Source of the DNA: an uncultured Myxococcales bacterium
GTDB taxonomy: Bacteria > Myxococcota_A > UBA9042
Direction: 5' to 3'
DNA: 64,000 nucleotides
Assembly (NCBI GenBank): GCA_903840165.1
Contig: CAIMEY010000002.1
Span: 56,949 to 120,948, forward strand
The position numbers were made by a program, and so were the translations under genes. The notes beneath the pieces were generated by a model. It was not told the DNA's origin, searched no databases, and saw only the letters and a program-made list of their open reading frames with translations. Positions 1-10,200 of the stretch are shown here, piece by piece; position 1 is the stretch's first letter; every line of letters begins with the position of its first letter.

Positions 1-268
1 TGCCGGTATTGAGCACTACGCGATAACCGCTTGTATCTACGCCCAATTGCTGGGCAACACTTCGTGCGGTCGCCAGCACGTGGCCCAGCAGGGCATCGTC
101 TTGTCCGCTGGATTGAGCCAGAGAAACCAAGTGCTTGCGTGGAATGACCAGGACGTGCACCGGCGCTTGCGGCTGCAGATCGGCAAAGGCCAACACATCC
201 GCATCCGCATGCAGAAACTTTGTGCCTAACTCACCTGCCGCAATGCGACAGAAGATGCAAGCAGCCAT
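1..268 (-). CDS. HIT (histidine triad, HinT/PKCI-like) family protein, 3' end truncated by window edge
   Basis: Manual minus-strand translation from ATG at 268: MAACIFCRIAAGELGTKFLHADADVLAFADLQPQAPVHVLVIPRKH...GYRVVLNTG. CIFC, P-QAPVHVLVIP-KH and GYRVV-N-G are HinT hallmarks. Absent from the ORF track because it runs off the edge. Confidence 0.9.
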   Translation of the reverse strand, partial: MAACIFCRIAAGELGTKFLHADADVLAFADLQPQAPVHVLVIPRKHLVSLAQSSGQDDALLGHVLATARSVAQQLGVDTSGYRVVLNTG

Positions 269-281
269 GTATTACGCTGCC

Positions 282-401
282 TTAGCCCTTCTTGGCGGGC
301 TTGTGCGTCTTGGCCGACGCGATGCGACGCTTGATACGCGCGATCTTCTTGTTGCGGCTGACAATACGACGCATTTTGCGCGAACCACTTCCACTACCCA
401 T
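282..401 (-). CDS. small, highly basic 39-aa protein (MGSGSGSRKMRRIVSRNKKIARIKRRIASAKTHKPAKKG)
   Basis: GGAGG Shine-Dalgarno about 6 nt before ATG at 401; K/R-rich; stop lies 13 nt before the HIT start on the same strand. Confidence 0.65.
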   Translation of the reverse strand: MGSGSGSRKMRRIVSRNKKIARIKRRIASAKTHKPAKKG

Positions 402-522
402 TGACGCCTCCAGAGTGACAAGGGCCGCGAACGACCTGAACTTGTCTGTTTTATTTCGATTTTTGCTACCCAATGGGCAACGTGTTGAACGGCCTACGCC
501 CATTGGCAAAAGGCCGCGCACT

Positions 523-3255
523 CTACAACGGCAAGCGGGTCGTGGTCAAACCCACAGGCTGTCCTGGAGCTTGCACCGTCGCGCGCGTCAGCCCCCAACC
601 ACCCGCGGTCAGTTTGACCAGTGCGATGGCGCCCTCGGGCGTCGGCATCAAGGCGAGAATCTGGCTAACCCCTTGAACGATAACGGGCTTATCGGGGCGC
701 AACGTCTTGGCATCGACGCCCAAGATCAGCGCCTCGGTGCCATGCCCTTCGTGCGGGAGCGCCGCGAACCACAGCCGCCCTTGGGCCGCGTCCAGCGTCC
801 AGGCCCGGTCGATGGCGACCTTGTCTTGAGGGCAGAAACGCTTGCGCAACTCACTGGAAATAAATGATATCTTGCCGCTTCGCAGCACGAGCAAAGACGC
901 CGGATCTTGCACCCGCGCGTCCAGGCCAAACGGATCGCGCGTGGAAAAACTGGCATAGATGCGATCTTGCTCTGGCCAAGCCTGGGCGTTGCGAATGCCC
1001 GCAACCACTTCTTCCAAGTCGTTGTCACTACAAGCTGTTTCCAAGGCGCCGCTGTCATCGACCACACCTACGGCCACTCCCTGCCTGAGCCGGGGATACA
1101 CCGCAAACATGCCCAGATCCTTCTTGGCACCGTCAATTCCGCAAAGAAATTCCCAGGCTGGCTGCGTCCGGCGATACTCAAGCACTTCCAGGCTTTGCGG
1201 CTCAATGCGCACCCAGGTCGAACTCAGCGGCCTCTTGCTCGATTGGCCCAGGAGCCACCAACTCTGCGCTGCTGGCTGCAACGCTGCGCCCGCTAACACG
1301 TCGTCTCCACGCAACAAATTGCGCAATTCAGTCGCGCCGACCACTTCAGGGGCCTGTCCGGGCACCTGCTCGATCACGACTAACCGACTGCCAGAAAGCC
1401 CCACCAGCCTCAAGCGATGGCCAACCGCGGCAATCCGTGTCCAAGCATGGACTTGCACGGGCCAGGCCTCGGGCAGGGCAAAGGGCTGCAGGCCACCGGT
1501 GCTCAGATTTACCGTAAGCCACATGCGGTCTTGGACCAGCACCAGGCGGTCCAGGCCCAGGCCCACGGCAATGGGCGCTTCGGCGAGTTTCTGCAGACCA
1601 GGCGGCTGTCCCTTGCCGCGCAGGGCCGGGGCAGAGCGCGTTTCCAGTGTCTGGGTGCGCAGTTGGCGCTCGTTCATCGTCACCAGATGCTTGAGTTCGG
1701 ACAGGACCGCGCGGGCGCCAAAGAAGTTGTCACTTTCCAGATGCAAATCAAAGTCATTGCGCAGCTTGGTGCGCCTTTCGACAAAGCCTCGCAGCCCCGT
1801 CAGTTCGTTGCGCAGCGCCTTGAGTTCGGCGGAAAGCAGGGGCTGAATCGCCATCCATTGGTGCAAAACCCGCGCAGCTTCATCGAGTTGCTCGTCGTCC
1901 AGCAGGGTTCGCAGTGTCGCGATCACGCCCTCCTCGGCCTGCTGTTTCTCCGCATCCTGCCTCGCCTTTTCCACGACCCGCCAGCGCTGCACGCTGCCGA
2001 ACTTCTGCCATGCCGTCGGCAGGGCCTTGACCGCGGCCAAGCTAGGGCCCGTCTGTCCCTGCTGAGCTAGCGCCACATGAATTTGCCCAAGCGTTCTAAG
2101 TGGTTCCAAGTGCTTGACCAAGCTGTCTAGGCCCAAGGTGCCCGCTTCTTCCACCGCGGCCCACAGCGGCGCATGGGGCCGCACCGCCTCGCGCAGGGTC
2201 TTGGTCAGTTCCTCATCGTGCGCGCAGAGTTGGGCAGCATGAGCCAGGGCCAAGATGGGATCGGCGGCCAACTGCCCCAGGTACTCCTTGAGACTCGCTT
2301 GCTTGCGTTTATGCGCTATTTCAAGGACCTGCTTATGGTCAGCGTCGGTCGCTGCCGGCGACTGCAGCAGGACCTTTCCTTGTCGCTCGGCCGCCGCCAG
2401 ATCGCCATCGCGTAGCCAATTCTGCATCAGGACGCGCAGTTGATCGGCCTCATGCTTGTGCTTGGCCTGCTCCGCTTGTTGGTGGACTGCCTGCCAGTGC
2501 GGATGCCGCTGCCACTGCACCTGCGCCGCCCCGAGAACAGCCTGAGCGCCGAGCCAATCACCTTGCTGCAAGCAGGTTTGCGCAGGTTCCAGCGCCTTTT
2601 GGCACGCCGTGGTCTGGGCGGCCCGCAGCTCACCCAGCAAAACTTGGGCCGGCGTTCCCTTGGGCAGGCTGCCAGCGTATTTCTCAAGCATGGCAAGCGC
2701 TTGTGTACTTCGTCCCTGAGAATGCCAGCGCTGAGCCGTAGCTGCTACAGCCGTGAGTTCGCCAGATTCCGCAAGCTGCTCTTGGAGTTCTGCGGTTCTC
2801 GGATGTCCGATTTCCTCGCCAGCCCGAACCAAAAGGAGCGCTAGGGCCCTGCCAGGGAGGCCTGCCGGCGGCGCAAACGCAGGATCATCCAGCCATGCCG
2901 CAACTTCCTGAAATTGCCCGTAACGTTCGACCAAGAACTGGGCATAGCCCGTCGTCCGTGCCAAAGCGTCCTGAGGCGAAGCCTGGCGTAGTGCGGCCGC
3001 GTAGAGGGTCTTGGCCAGGTCAAAATCGTAAGCTTCTTCAGCCTTTTGCCCTTGGCGCAGCAGTTCGGCCGGAGCCTGAGCCCCCGGGAAATCCGCCGTC
3101 ACAACCAACTGTGGAGGCTGCCAGGTGCGACCCCGCGTCGCCGTTGAAGAATGCTTGGTCATCGTACTCTCAATGCCTTCCATCGCCGCCGCAAGCCCAG
3201 GCGTGCAGGTGACTGCCTTTGGCGCGGGCGCTACAGCAGGCTGGCTCGTGCGCAT
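523..3255 (-). CDS. large hypothetical protein (helical/TPR-like N-terminal half, beta-rich C-terminal half)
   Basis: 910-aa ORF with protein-like composition, co-oriented with neighbours; no catalytic motif recognised. Real start may be ATG at 3162 (MTKHS). Confidence 0.75.
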   Translation of the reverse strand: MRTSQPAVAPAPKAVTCTPGLAAAMEGIESTMTKHSSTATRGRTWQPPQLVVTADFPGAQAPAELLRQGQKAEEAYDFDLAKTLYAAALRQASPQDALARTTGYAQFLVERYGQFQEVAAWLDDPAFAPPAGLPGRALALLLVRAGEEIGHPRTAELQEQLAESGELTAVAATAQRWHSQGRSTQALAMLEKYAGSLPKGTPAQVLLGELRAAQTTACQKALEPAQTCLQQGDWLGAQAVLGAAQVQWQRHPHWQAVHQQAEQAKHKHEADQLRVLMQNWLRDGDLAAAERQGKVLLQSPAATDADHKQVLEIAHKRKQASLKEYLGQLAADPILALAHAAQLCAHDEELTKTLREAVRPHAPLWAAVEEAGTLGLDSLVKHLEPLRTLGQIHVALAQQGQTGPSLAAVKALPTAWQKFGSVQRWRVVEKARQDAEKQQAEEGVIATLRTLLDDEQLDEAARVLHQWMAIQPLLSAELKALRNELTGLRGFVERRTKLRNDFDLHLESDNFFGARAVLSELKHLVTMNERQLRTQTLETRSAPALRGKGQPPGLQKLAEAPIAVGLGLDRLVLVQDRMWLTVNLSTGGLQPFALPEAWPVQVHAWTRIAAVGHRLRLVGLSGSRLVVIEQVPGQAPEVVGATELRNLLRGDDVLAGAALQPAAQSWWLLGQSSKRPLSSTWVRIEPQSLEVLEYRRTQPAWEFLCGIDGAKKDLGMFAVYPRLRQGVAVGVVDDSGALETACSDNDLEEVVAGIRNAQAWPEQDRIYASFSTRDPFGLDARVQDPASLLVLRSGKISFISSELRKRFCPQDKVAIDRAWTLDAAQGRLWFAALPHEGHGTEALILGVDAKTLRPDKPVIVQGVSQILALMPTPEGAIALVKLTAGGWGLTRATVQAPGQPVGLTTTRLPL

Positions 3256-3300
3256 GGGGGGGCTGGGCCAGGTTGCCGCCTTGGCCAGTCTAGAGGCCGT

Positions 3301-6300
3301 CTACTGGCACGCGCCTTGCTGGCAGGTTAGGCCGACGCCGCAGGGGGCCCCGTCCGCAGCCGGCTTAGACTGGCAGGCGTTGACCACGTCGCAATTGTCG
3401 ATTGTGCAAGGATTTCCATCGTTGCAGTTGGCCTGGGGTGGCAACACTTGCAGCAACGTCGCATCGGCTGCAGCAGTGTTGGCGGCGAGGCTACCCACCG
3501 CCACCGTCGCCTGCCCCCAAGCGACAAGCTGGTCGAGTTCATCCGCTGCCGGACCGCCGGTCGCCCAAACGCCGAGCACCGCTGCATCAAGCCCTAAGTG
3601 CCAAATCGCCCCTTCTATCGAGAAATTCAGCTCTTTGCTGCTACCCGTCCAGCCCGCCAGCCACAGCGTACCATCGGCGCGCACCAGCACATCGAGGAGC
3701 CCATTGGTCGAAGTGCCGATAAAATCAAGCTTTTGGGGTGTTGATGCCACCACCGTTGCCTGCTTTTGCAAGGTGCCATCGAGGTTCAGCCATAGGATAA
3801 GTCCCTGGGAAGAAAGCCCTTGCGCGGCAGTATCCTTGGCACCGACCACAACCAACGTCGCATCGCTGGCCAATGCCACCGCGTTCAGGGTCAGATCTGC
3901 ACCTGGAACCTGTTGAGCCCAAACCGTTTTTCCAGTTGAGCTATGGAGGCGCTGCATTTGGCCCACTTGCGCGAGGTCGAGGTCCAAGTGCCCGACCACC
4001 ACCACATCGCCCCCTGGCAATACCACAAGATCACGATTGAAACCAAGATTGGTCTCGGTCCACAGCGTGTTGCCCACCGGGTCCAGAGCCAGGGTCCATC
4101 CCGCGGCCTTGACGCCATCGCTGGCCTGCGCTTGCTGCCCGGTGACGACCGAGCCTGTACTGGTCAGGGCCACGGCCCACAGGTTCGTCGTCTGCCCTGC
4201 CACAGGGAAGAGCTTAGAATTCAAGGTAGTACCAGTATTTGCGTCGATCAGCTGCCACCAACCCTGCGTCTTGCCCGGGGCGCCATTGACCGCCGCGTCG
4301 CCAACAGCAATCAGTTGGCCAGCCGGCAACCGCACCACACTGTGCAGGTGCGAGGGCGAGGGCAACTGGTCATAGACCTTATTGAACAGCACATTACCTG
4401 TCGCATCGCGCACTTGCAGCCAGCCTTGCAGACCGTTGCCGATATCGCGGGCGCCGACAATGGCCAAGCCGCCGCCTTCCGTTGTGGTCGCGCTCGAAGC
4501 CATGTCCGTGCCGGTGACGCTCAAGGGCAAGGTGCTGACCGTTGTGCCGCTGGCGGTGACGCACGCACCTTGGTCGCTGCACGCCTCGCCCAAGGTGCAG
4601 GCGTTGCCGTCGCTGCAAGCACTTGCAATACTTGGCGTATTGAGGCATTTTTGTGCCACTGAGCAGGTGTCGACGGTGCACTGATTGCCGTCATTGCAGG
4701 CCGAGGCATCGCCGCCGATGCATGGCTTGGCACCGCACAAAGTCGTTGTCGGATCGCACACTTGATTGGCGCCGCAGACGCTGTTGTCCTTGCACTCAAT
4801 GCACGACCCGCCGAACTTCTGGCACAGCGCCAGCGAGTAACTATTGGAATCACCCGCAAAACCGTTGATGCGAACGTAGTACTTCGTTGTCTCATCGGCC
4901 GTCCAGATGATTTGCTCAGGCGCATTCTTGGTGGCCGAGGCCGCCACAGGTGCACCGAACTGCCCGACTTTATAGAGCCTCAGGTCCAAATCGCCCTTGG
5001 ATCCGTCGAAACTCAGCGTCAGGGTGATCGTCTCGCCCGTCGTCGCTGAAAATTGATACCAATCAAGGTCATAGGGGCAAAGCGACAGGTCGGCATTGGT
5101 GCCAGCCGGCAGCTGCGAAGCGATTTGCGGCGCGCCATTGGGCTCAAACACATCGGCTAGGCATAGTTGCACCACTTCAAGCGCAGTACCGTCGGTGTTG
5201 TTGAGTTCCTGACTTTCGGCCACGACATTGGTCGAGTCGGCGGCGAGAATCAAGAATGCCGGCCCGGGCTTATAGTCGATAGGCACCGGCGCTTTGTCAT
5301 TGAGATCCGCCTGCGTCTTGCCGGCTAGACCCAGCAGGGCCTTTTGCGTCAGTTGTACATCTTTGGCGTCCAACACCGCGTCTTGAGACAGGTAATAGGC
5401 ATAGTTGAAGCCCCCCGCCGGGTCTTGGCAGGCATTGTTCAGATGCGCCTTGACGTATACGTCCTCGCCTTGCACGACCTGCGAGGGGAAGATTGAATCA
5501 ATCTTAGGAATTAAATCAATGCCTTTACCGCCATCGACCTTGAGCGTGTAGGCAAATGCGCTCGGCTTGACGCCGGGCGACTTGTAAGAAACCTGCATGT
5601 AATACATGCCTTGACTCGGCGCAATGAATTTCAGCGTGCCATTGCCCGCCAAGGTCTGAACGGCTGGCAGGTTGGCATTGGCAAAGACTTTGAATTGGAA
5701 GGCATTTGCCGCATTCTGGAAATCGAACGTGACCACTTCGCCCTGCTTCATCGTGAGGTGGAACCAATCTTCGTCGCCGAGGCAAAGGCTCAAATTAGCA
5801 ACGCCACAGCCCACTTCTGGGCTCGAATCGGCGCTGTTGTTCTGTTCGTAATAGTCCGCCAGGCAAACATCGGTCGGGTCGGGATCGGCAATGGTTACGG
5901 TCAGGGCGTAGTCATAGGGCGACGGCGTCCCCGTTTCCGGCAACACGTAGGTGTGGATGTAGTACAGCCCACCGACCTGCGTGTACGGGATCTTGGCAAT
6001 TTCATTGAAAGGTTGCGCCGATCCAGCGACGACGGCCGACTTCGAACTGTCCAGGATTTGCACGCCGACTAGTCCTGCGCCGCTCTTGTACGTCCAGTTC
6101 ATGGCGGCTGAAAACGCCTTGCCTTGAGGGACTTGCACGACAAACCAATCCTCCAAGCCCGGGCAGACGTTGAGCTTGGGATAGACCGCGGACTGGCTCG
6201 GCAGGGGCGCTGCGTCGTTGGCCGTATGATTGCCGATGAAGGTGTCGGCCGCGCACACGAGCTGGCTCGACAAGGTTAAAGTCGTTGAAATTGCGATGTT

Positions 6301-9108
6301 ATTCTTCTCATTGGCCTCCGTGACCATATCGGTGGCATCGGCTTGCACGGCGACAAACCACTTGCCGCCTGCAACTTGGGGCAACTCCATGGAATCATCG
6401 ATAAATTGCGTCGCCAAGCCACCCAAGCCGCCGGCAACGATGACGTCCTTGAGGACCGTGGCCGTCGTGACGTCCACAGCCGGTGTTTGCGAAAGGAAAT
6501 AGCGGAGATGGAAGGGGCCGGCCCCTTGCACACCGAGGTTGGAAAGCTTGGTCTTGACCTTGATCAGCGCCCCGGCAAAGGTCACCTGCGGATTGACGGT
6601 GATGGCCGCGGCAAAGAGGTCCGGGGACTTCGGCGGTCCGATCACGGCGACATCCAAGGCATATTGCGCCTGGGCACCCGGGACGTGCGGGTTGACGTGG
6701 ATGTAGTAATCACCAGTGGCGGTGACGGTCAGTGCCGAGGCTTTCTTTGGCGATCCAGGCAGTTTGGAGGCATCGAGGACCGTCGTCCCGTCCGGCCCGA
6801 CCAAGGCCAAATCCAAATCGTTCGGCACGCTGGCCACCCACAAGTCCGGGGTCACCGTCAGGGTCACTGTTAGAGAATCGCCTTTGACTACGCTAACTTT
6901 CCACCAATCGTCATTGCCGCACGAGCCAAGGTTGGTCGCATCGGTTGGCAAAGGCAGCGCCTGGGTCTGGAGATCATTGTGATTATTCGCCAAATCGCCG
7001 GCGTCTTCAAAGCAGCCGCCTTGGGCACCATTGACCGTCAGCGTGTCCACGGCCAGTGCCGTGTTATTGTTCGGGTTGGTCTCTTTGGGGATGTTCTTTT
7101 CGGCATCGAGGATGACGCACATCTTGTAGTCGGTGATGCCATGCGGTAACCCCAGAGGAATTGTAACGATTTCAGCGACGCTGGTCTGGTCCATCGGGTC
7201 GACGCCGGCCAGGGGCGCCTTCTTGACCAGGATGGCATCGCCACTGCCCAAAGCCGCTAGAGAGCAAGCATTTTTGCTGGTCAGCGCGTAGTAGGTCGTC
7301 GAGGCGCCTGAACCGGTGACGCCATCATTGTGAATGACGTAGCCGACTTTGACCGTGTCCCCCGCCTGCACGGCACTGGGATGCACGCCGACGTTTGCGG
7401 GCCACAGGTCGACGCTGGATTGGGCGACGACCTTTAGGTCCTTGAAATACATAATGTTATTGGTCTCGTCCAACTCCGCGATCGTGTCGTCCGGATCCAA
7501 TTGCAGATAGATGGTCCAGTTCTGAATCGGTGTATCTGCAGCGATTTTGACCTTGACCGCATCGCTCAGCGATTGCCCCACAGCCAGAGGCGGCACGGTG
7601 AACTTGGTCTTGTTTTGGATGCACGACGCGTTAAACGCCGCGAAAGGACAAAAGAAGACGGTTGCCGGGAAGGTCGGCGTTGGCAAGGTCCCGAGGTTTT
7701 TGACGGTGTACAGGACGTTGATGCTGTCATTGAGGGCGACACCCTTGGGCTTGACGGTCATCGCTTCCAGGCCCAAGTCCACGCCATTCTTGACGATTTT
7801 CTTGATGACAAAGGGCTCCGTGGCGATGGCGATGTTGTTGTCTTCATTGGTCTCGTCGGCCGAACCGAGCAGATCCACCTTGGCGATCAAGTAGTACGAG
7901 CCATCGGCCAAATCAGGCGTTAATTCAGCGAGCAAGAAAGGAATCGACGCATTGGGGTCCAAGGACTTGATCGTCGAGTTGCCCAAATTGGTGAGCATCC
8001 AGTCAAAACCGTTGCCCTTGTCCTGCTTTGGGTCGTTGGCGGCGATGGTCGGGTCGTAGTCTAAGACTTTGTCTTTGCTGATAAAAATGCCGTATTTGAC
8101 CGATGTCGCGGTGCCTTGGCCGACATTGGAGACCTCGTAGTTCAGGTTGATCTTGTCCCCAGGGGAATACACCTTGTTCGCAGCGAATTGCGGTTTAGTA
8201 ATAGCCAGATCGGGCTTTGCTGACGCCTTGGTATTGACCTGCAACTGCGTGTTGGCGTAAGCGATGTTGTCTAAGCGATTGTCTTCATTGACGGTTGACG
8301 ATGGATCGATGGCCACCAGAACAAAGTAGTTGCCGTCAGCGATGGCGGGCACCTTGGCAACCAGGGCCGTCGATTGCGCGGGATCGGCGTTGAACGTCCA
8401 GCTCTTGATGGCACCCGACGCTAGTGACGCAACTGGCACTGAAGCAATGGCAATTGCCGATGCATCCAAGGTATCGGTCGCCGAGATGTAAATGCCGATG
8501 GCAAAGGGCGAAGGGACGTCATCTCCTTGATTGACAATGGCAAAAGTCAGCGTCACATCGTCGCCAGGAATCACGACCTCGGGCGAGTTCAACGCTACCG
8601 GCGGATCACTGCTGAATTGCAGCGAAGCAGGGCTCGATACAACGATTTCCGTGGTCGCTTCGGCGTGGGCCTTCTTGGGGCTCGGCTTCCACTCCACTTT
8701 GACGCTGACGGTATAGGCACCCTTGCCCGTGAAACTGCGTGTAATCACGTCTTTGTCGGCCATGTCGGGCTGGTTGAGGTTGAAGATCTGGGGGTCGAGC
8801 CCATCGCCAAAGTCCCAAGTAATAAAGCAGTTGGCCTTGTCCGTGCCGGTGATCGCGGCCTTGAACGTCACATCGAGCGGCGCATTGCCGGCCTTGGTCG
8901 ATGGCGTCAGCGTGACGGCTAAGGTGGGCGGTTGCACGATGTCGACTGCGGCCACCTCCTGCGAATCATCGGTCGCGTCGGCCGAATCCGCCCCGTTGCC
9001 CGTCTTGGTGCTACCGCTGCCCGAACAGCCCGCGGCTAGGCCCAAGCTGATCAGTAGGACCGTGAGCGCCCAAAGTAGGCGGCAAGCCGTGGAAGAACGT
9101 GAAGTCAT
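3301..9108 (-). CDS. large surface lipoprotein with PKD, CARDB-like repeats, PPC-like domains, Cys-rich repeats and a C-terminal propeller-like region
   Basis: Lipobox LAAGC after a hydrophobic stretch; PKD motif TWDFGDG; six D-x4-5-E-x-N-E-x-NN CARDB-type ends; four D-W-(F/Y/W) PPC-type modules; CNDGNQCTVDTC repeats. ORF track start is 9225; ATG 9108 (MTSRSS) is preferred because it gives a normal signal peptide. Confidence 0.85.
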   Translation of the reverse strand: MTSRSSTACRLLWALTVLLISLGLAAGCSGSGSTKTGNGADSADATDDSQEVAAVDIVQPPTLAVTLTPSTKAGNAPLDVTFKAAITGTDKANCFITWDFGDGLDPQIFNLNQPDMADKDVITRSFTGKGAYTVSVKVEWKPSPKKAHAEATTEIVVSSPASLQFSSDPPVALNSPEVVIPGDDVTLTFAIVNQGDDVPSPFAIGIYISATDTLDASAIAIASVPVASLASGAIKSWTFNADPAQSTALVAKVPAIADGNYFVLVAIDPSSTVNEDNRLDNIAYANTQLQVNTKASAKPDLAITKPQFAANKVYSPGDKINLNYEVSNVGQGTATSVKYGIFISKDKVLDYDPTIAANDPKQDKGNGFDWMLTNLGNSTIKSLDPNASIPFLLAELTPDLADGSYYLIAKVDLLGSADETNEDNNIAIATEPFVIKKIVKNGVDLGLEAMTVKPKGVALNDSINVLYTVKNLGTLPTPTFPATVFFCPFAAFNASCIQNKTKFTVPPLAVGQSLSDAVKVKIAADTPIQNWTIYLQLDPDDTIAELDETNNIMYFKDLKVVAQSSVDLWPANVGVHPSAVQAGDTVKVGYVIHNDGVTGSGASTTYYALTSKNACSLAALGSGDAILVKKAPLAGVDPMDQTSVAEIVTIPLGLPHGITDYKMCVILDAEKNIPKETNPNNNTALAVDTLTVNGAQGGCFEDAGDLANNHNDLQTQALPLPTDATNLGSCGNDDWWKVSVVKGDSLTVTLTVTPDLWVASVPNDLDLALVGPDGTTVLDASKLPGSPKKASALTVTATGDYYIHVNPHVPGAQAQYALDVAVIGPPKSPDLFAAAITVNPQVTFAGALIKVKTKLSNLGVQGAGPFHLRYFLSQTPAVDVTTATVLKDVIVAGGLGGLATQFIDDSMELPQVAGGKWFVAVQADATDMVTEANEKNNIAISTTLTLSSQLVCAADTFIGNHTANDAAPLPSQSAVYPKLNVCPGLEDWFVVQVPQGKAFSAAMNWTYKSGAGLVGVQILDSSKSAVVAGSAQPFNEIAKIPYTQVGGLYYIHTYVLPETGTPSPYDYALTVTIADPDPTDVCLADYYEQNNSADSSPEVGCGVANLSLCLGDEDWFHLTMKQGEVVTFDFQNAANAFQFKVFANANLPAVQTLAGNGTLKFIAPSQGMYYMQVSYKSPGVKPSAFAYTLKVDGGKGIDLIPKIDSIFPSQVVQGEDVYVKAHLNNACQDPAGGFNYAYYLSQDAVLDAKDVQLTQKALLGLAGKTQADLNDKAPVPIDYKPGPAFLILAADSTNVVAESQELNNTDGTALEVVQLCLADVFEPNGAPQIASQLPAGTNADLSLCPYDLDWYQFSATTGETITLTLSFDGSKGDLDLRLYKVGQFGAPVAASATKNAPEQIIWTADETTKYYVRINGFAGDSNSYSLALCQKFGGSCIECKDNSVCGANQVCDPTTTLCGAKPCIGGDASACNDGNQCTVDTCSVAQKCLNTPSIASACSDGNACTLGEACSDQGACVTASGTTVSTLPLSVTGTDMASSATTTEGGGLAIVGARDIGNGLQGWLQVRDATGNVLFNKVYDQLPSPSHLHSVVRLPAGQLIAVGDAAVNGAPGKTQGWWQLIDANTGTTLNSKLFPVAGQTTNLWAVALTSTGSVVTGQQAQASDGVKAAGWTLALDPVGNTLWTETNLGFNRDLVVLPGGDVVVVGHLDLDLAQVGQMQRLHSSTGKTVWAQQVPGADLTLNAVALASDATLVVVGAKDTAAQGLSSQGLILWLNLDGTLQKQATVVASTPQKLDFIGTSTNGLLDVLVRADGTLWLAGWTGSSKELNFSIEGAIWHLGLDAAVLGVWATGGPAADELDQLVAWGQATVAVGSLAANTAAADATLLQVLPPQANCNDGNPCTIDNCDVVNACQSKPAADGAPCGVGLTCQQGACQ

Positions 9109-9583
9109 GAAGTATTCTCGCGTGGTCAAACCCAACTGAGCCAAGCGACGACCAATCGGCATTGCGTAGCCTCGTGCAGCAGGGGCGGCGCAAGAACGCG
9201 CACGCTCAAGGGGCGAATTAGTCAAACGTTTCTAAAGGTTCACTCCAAGGGCCCCAGGTGTTTCGTCAGAGCGAGTTGCCCAGCGATCGGCTGCGATTGC
9301 GTCAGGCATGTGCCTGTTCACAAAGCAATTATTGGACCCGAGTCAACCCTTGGCCGCCGTCCTGCCAACTGGCCGGAACAACAGGCAAGATCCGGCAGTA
9401 TAGCGAGCGACCTGCCCCAGGTCCATCGCGACCGATCCCGGCCGGCCATCTTGACATCAGCGGCAGGCGGTGCTGACAATCCCAAAGCCGACGCTTGAAT
9501 TGCCCTCTGCCCGCCCCGCGGCCAACAGCAGCAAGACGGTCGCCGGTTGTGTCTCAATTACCCGTTTTCCTGCGAGGTTACCT

Positions 9584-9961
9584 GTGATTGCCGAGCACTC
9601 CCGCTTCCAACTGGAATGCAGCAAGCTCGGCCGGGACGTCATGTTCCAAGTAACTGTATTTGAAAAGGAAGAGCGGCGACGCAAGAAACTGTTCGCAGAG
9701 ACCCAGTGTTCGGACCCTTTCCACTTGGTCATTCAGTTCATCATTCGCGAAGCGCCGGACTTTGAGACGTTGTTGCAGCGCTTCGTTAAGCAGCTAGAAC
9801 ATCGTGGGTTTTCGCCTTCGCGTATGCGTCAGCGCCAAGGTGAGAAATGGGCGGACTGGAGTCCTGTTCCCTACGTGGGCGGCGCGGTCGGGCCCGCTGC
9901 GCTGGAGCCGCCCCCCATGGACACGGCCGACGAGAAGGCTTCCCGCGCGATGCGCAAGTAG
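9584..9961 (+). CDS. hypothetical protein
   Basis: GAGG before GTG at 9584 inside ORF 9470..9961; globular-looking sequence (FQLECSKLGRDVMFQVTVFEK...FAETQCSDPFH). Confidence 0.65.
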   Translation: MIAEHSRFQLECSKLGRDVMFQVTVFEKEERRRKKLFAETQCSDPFHLVIQFIIREAPDFETLLQRFVKQLEHRGFSPSRMRQRQGEKWADWSPVPYVGGAVGPAALEPPPMDTADEKASRAMRK

Positions 9962-10200
9962 GCCACTTTGTTCCTGGTTCGTCGGCGTGGCCGGACTTTG
10001 AGCGCCGCGCGTCCGTTCACGCGCCTGGCCTACCCTGCAGCGGCCCACGCCTGCCCGCCGTTAACCAAAGGTTGACCCTAAGCGCTGCGCACGCTACGTT
10101 CTGGGGCGGATTGCCCGGAGGGCGCGGGACGCTATCGAGGCTTTCCTGAGAACTTGTTTGTAATTTCGAGACCTTTCTGCTCATCACATTGGGAGCATGC

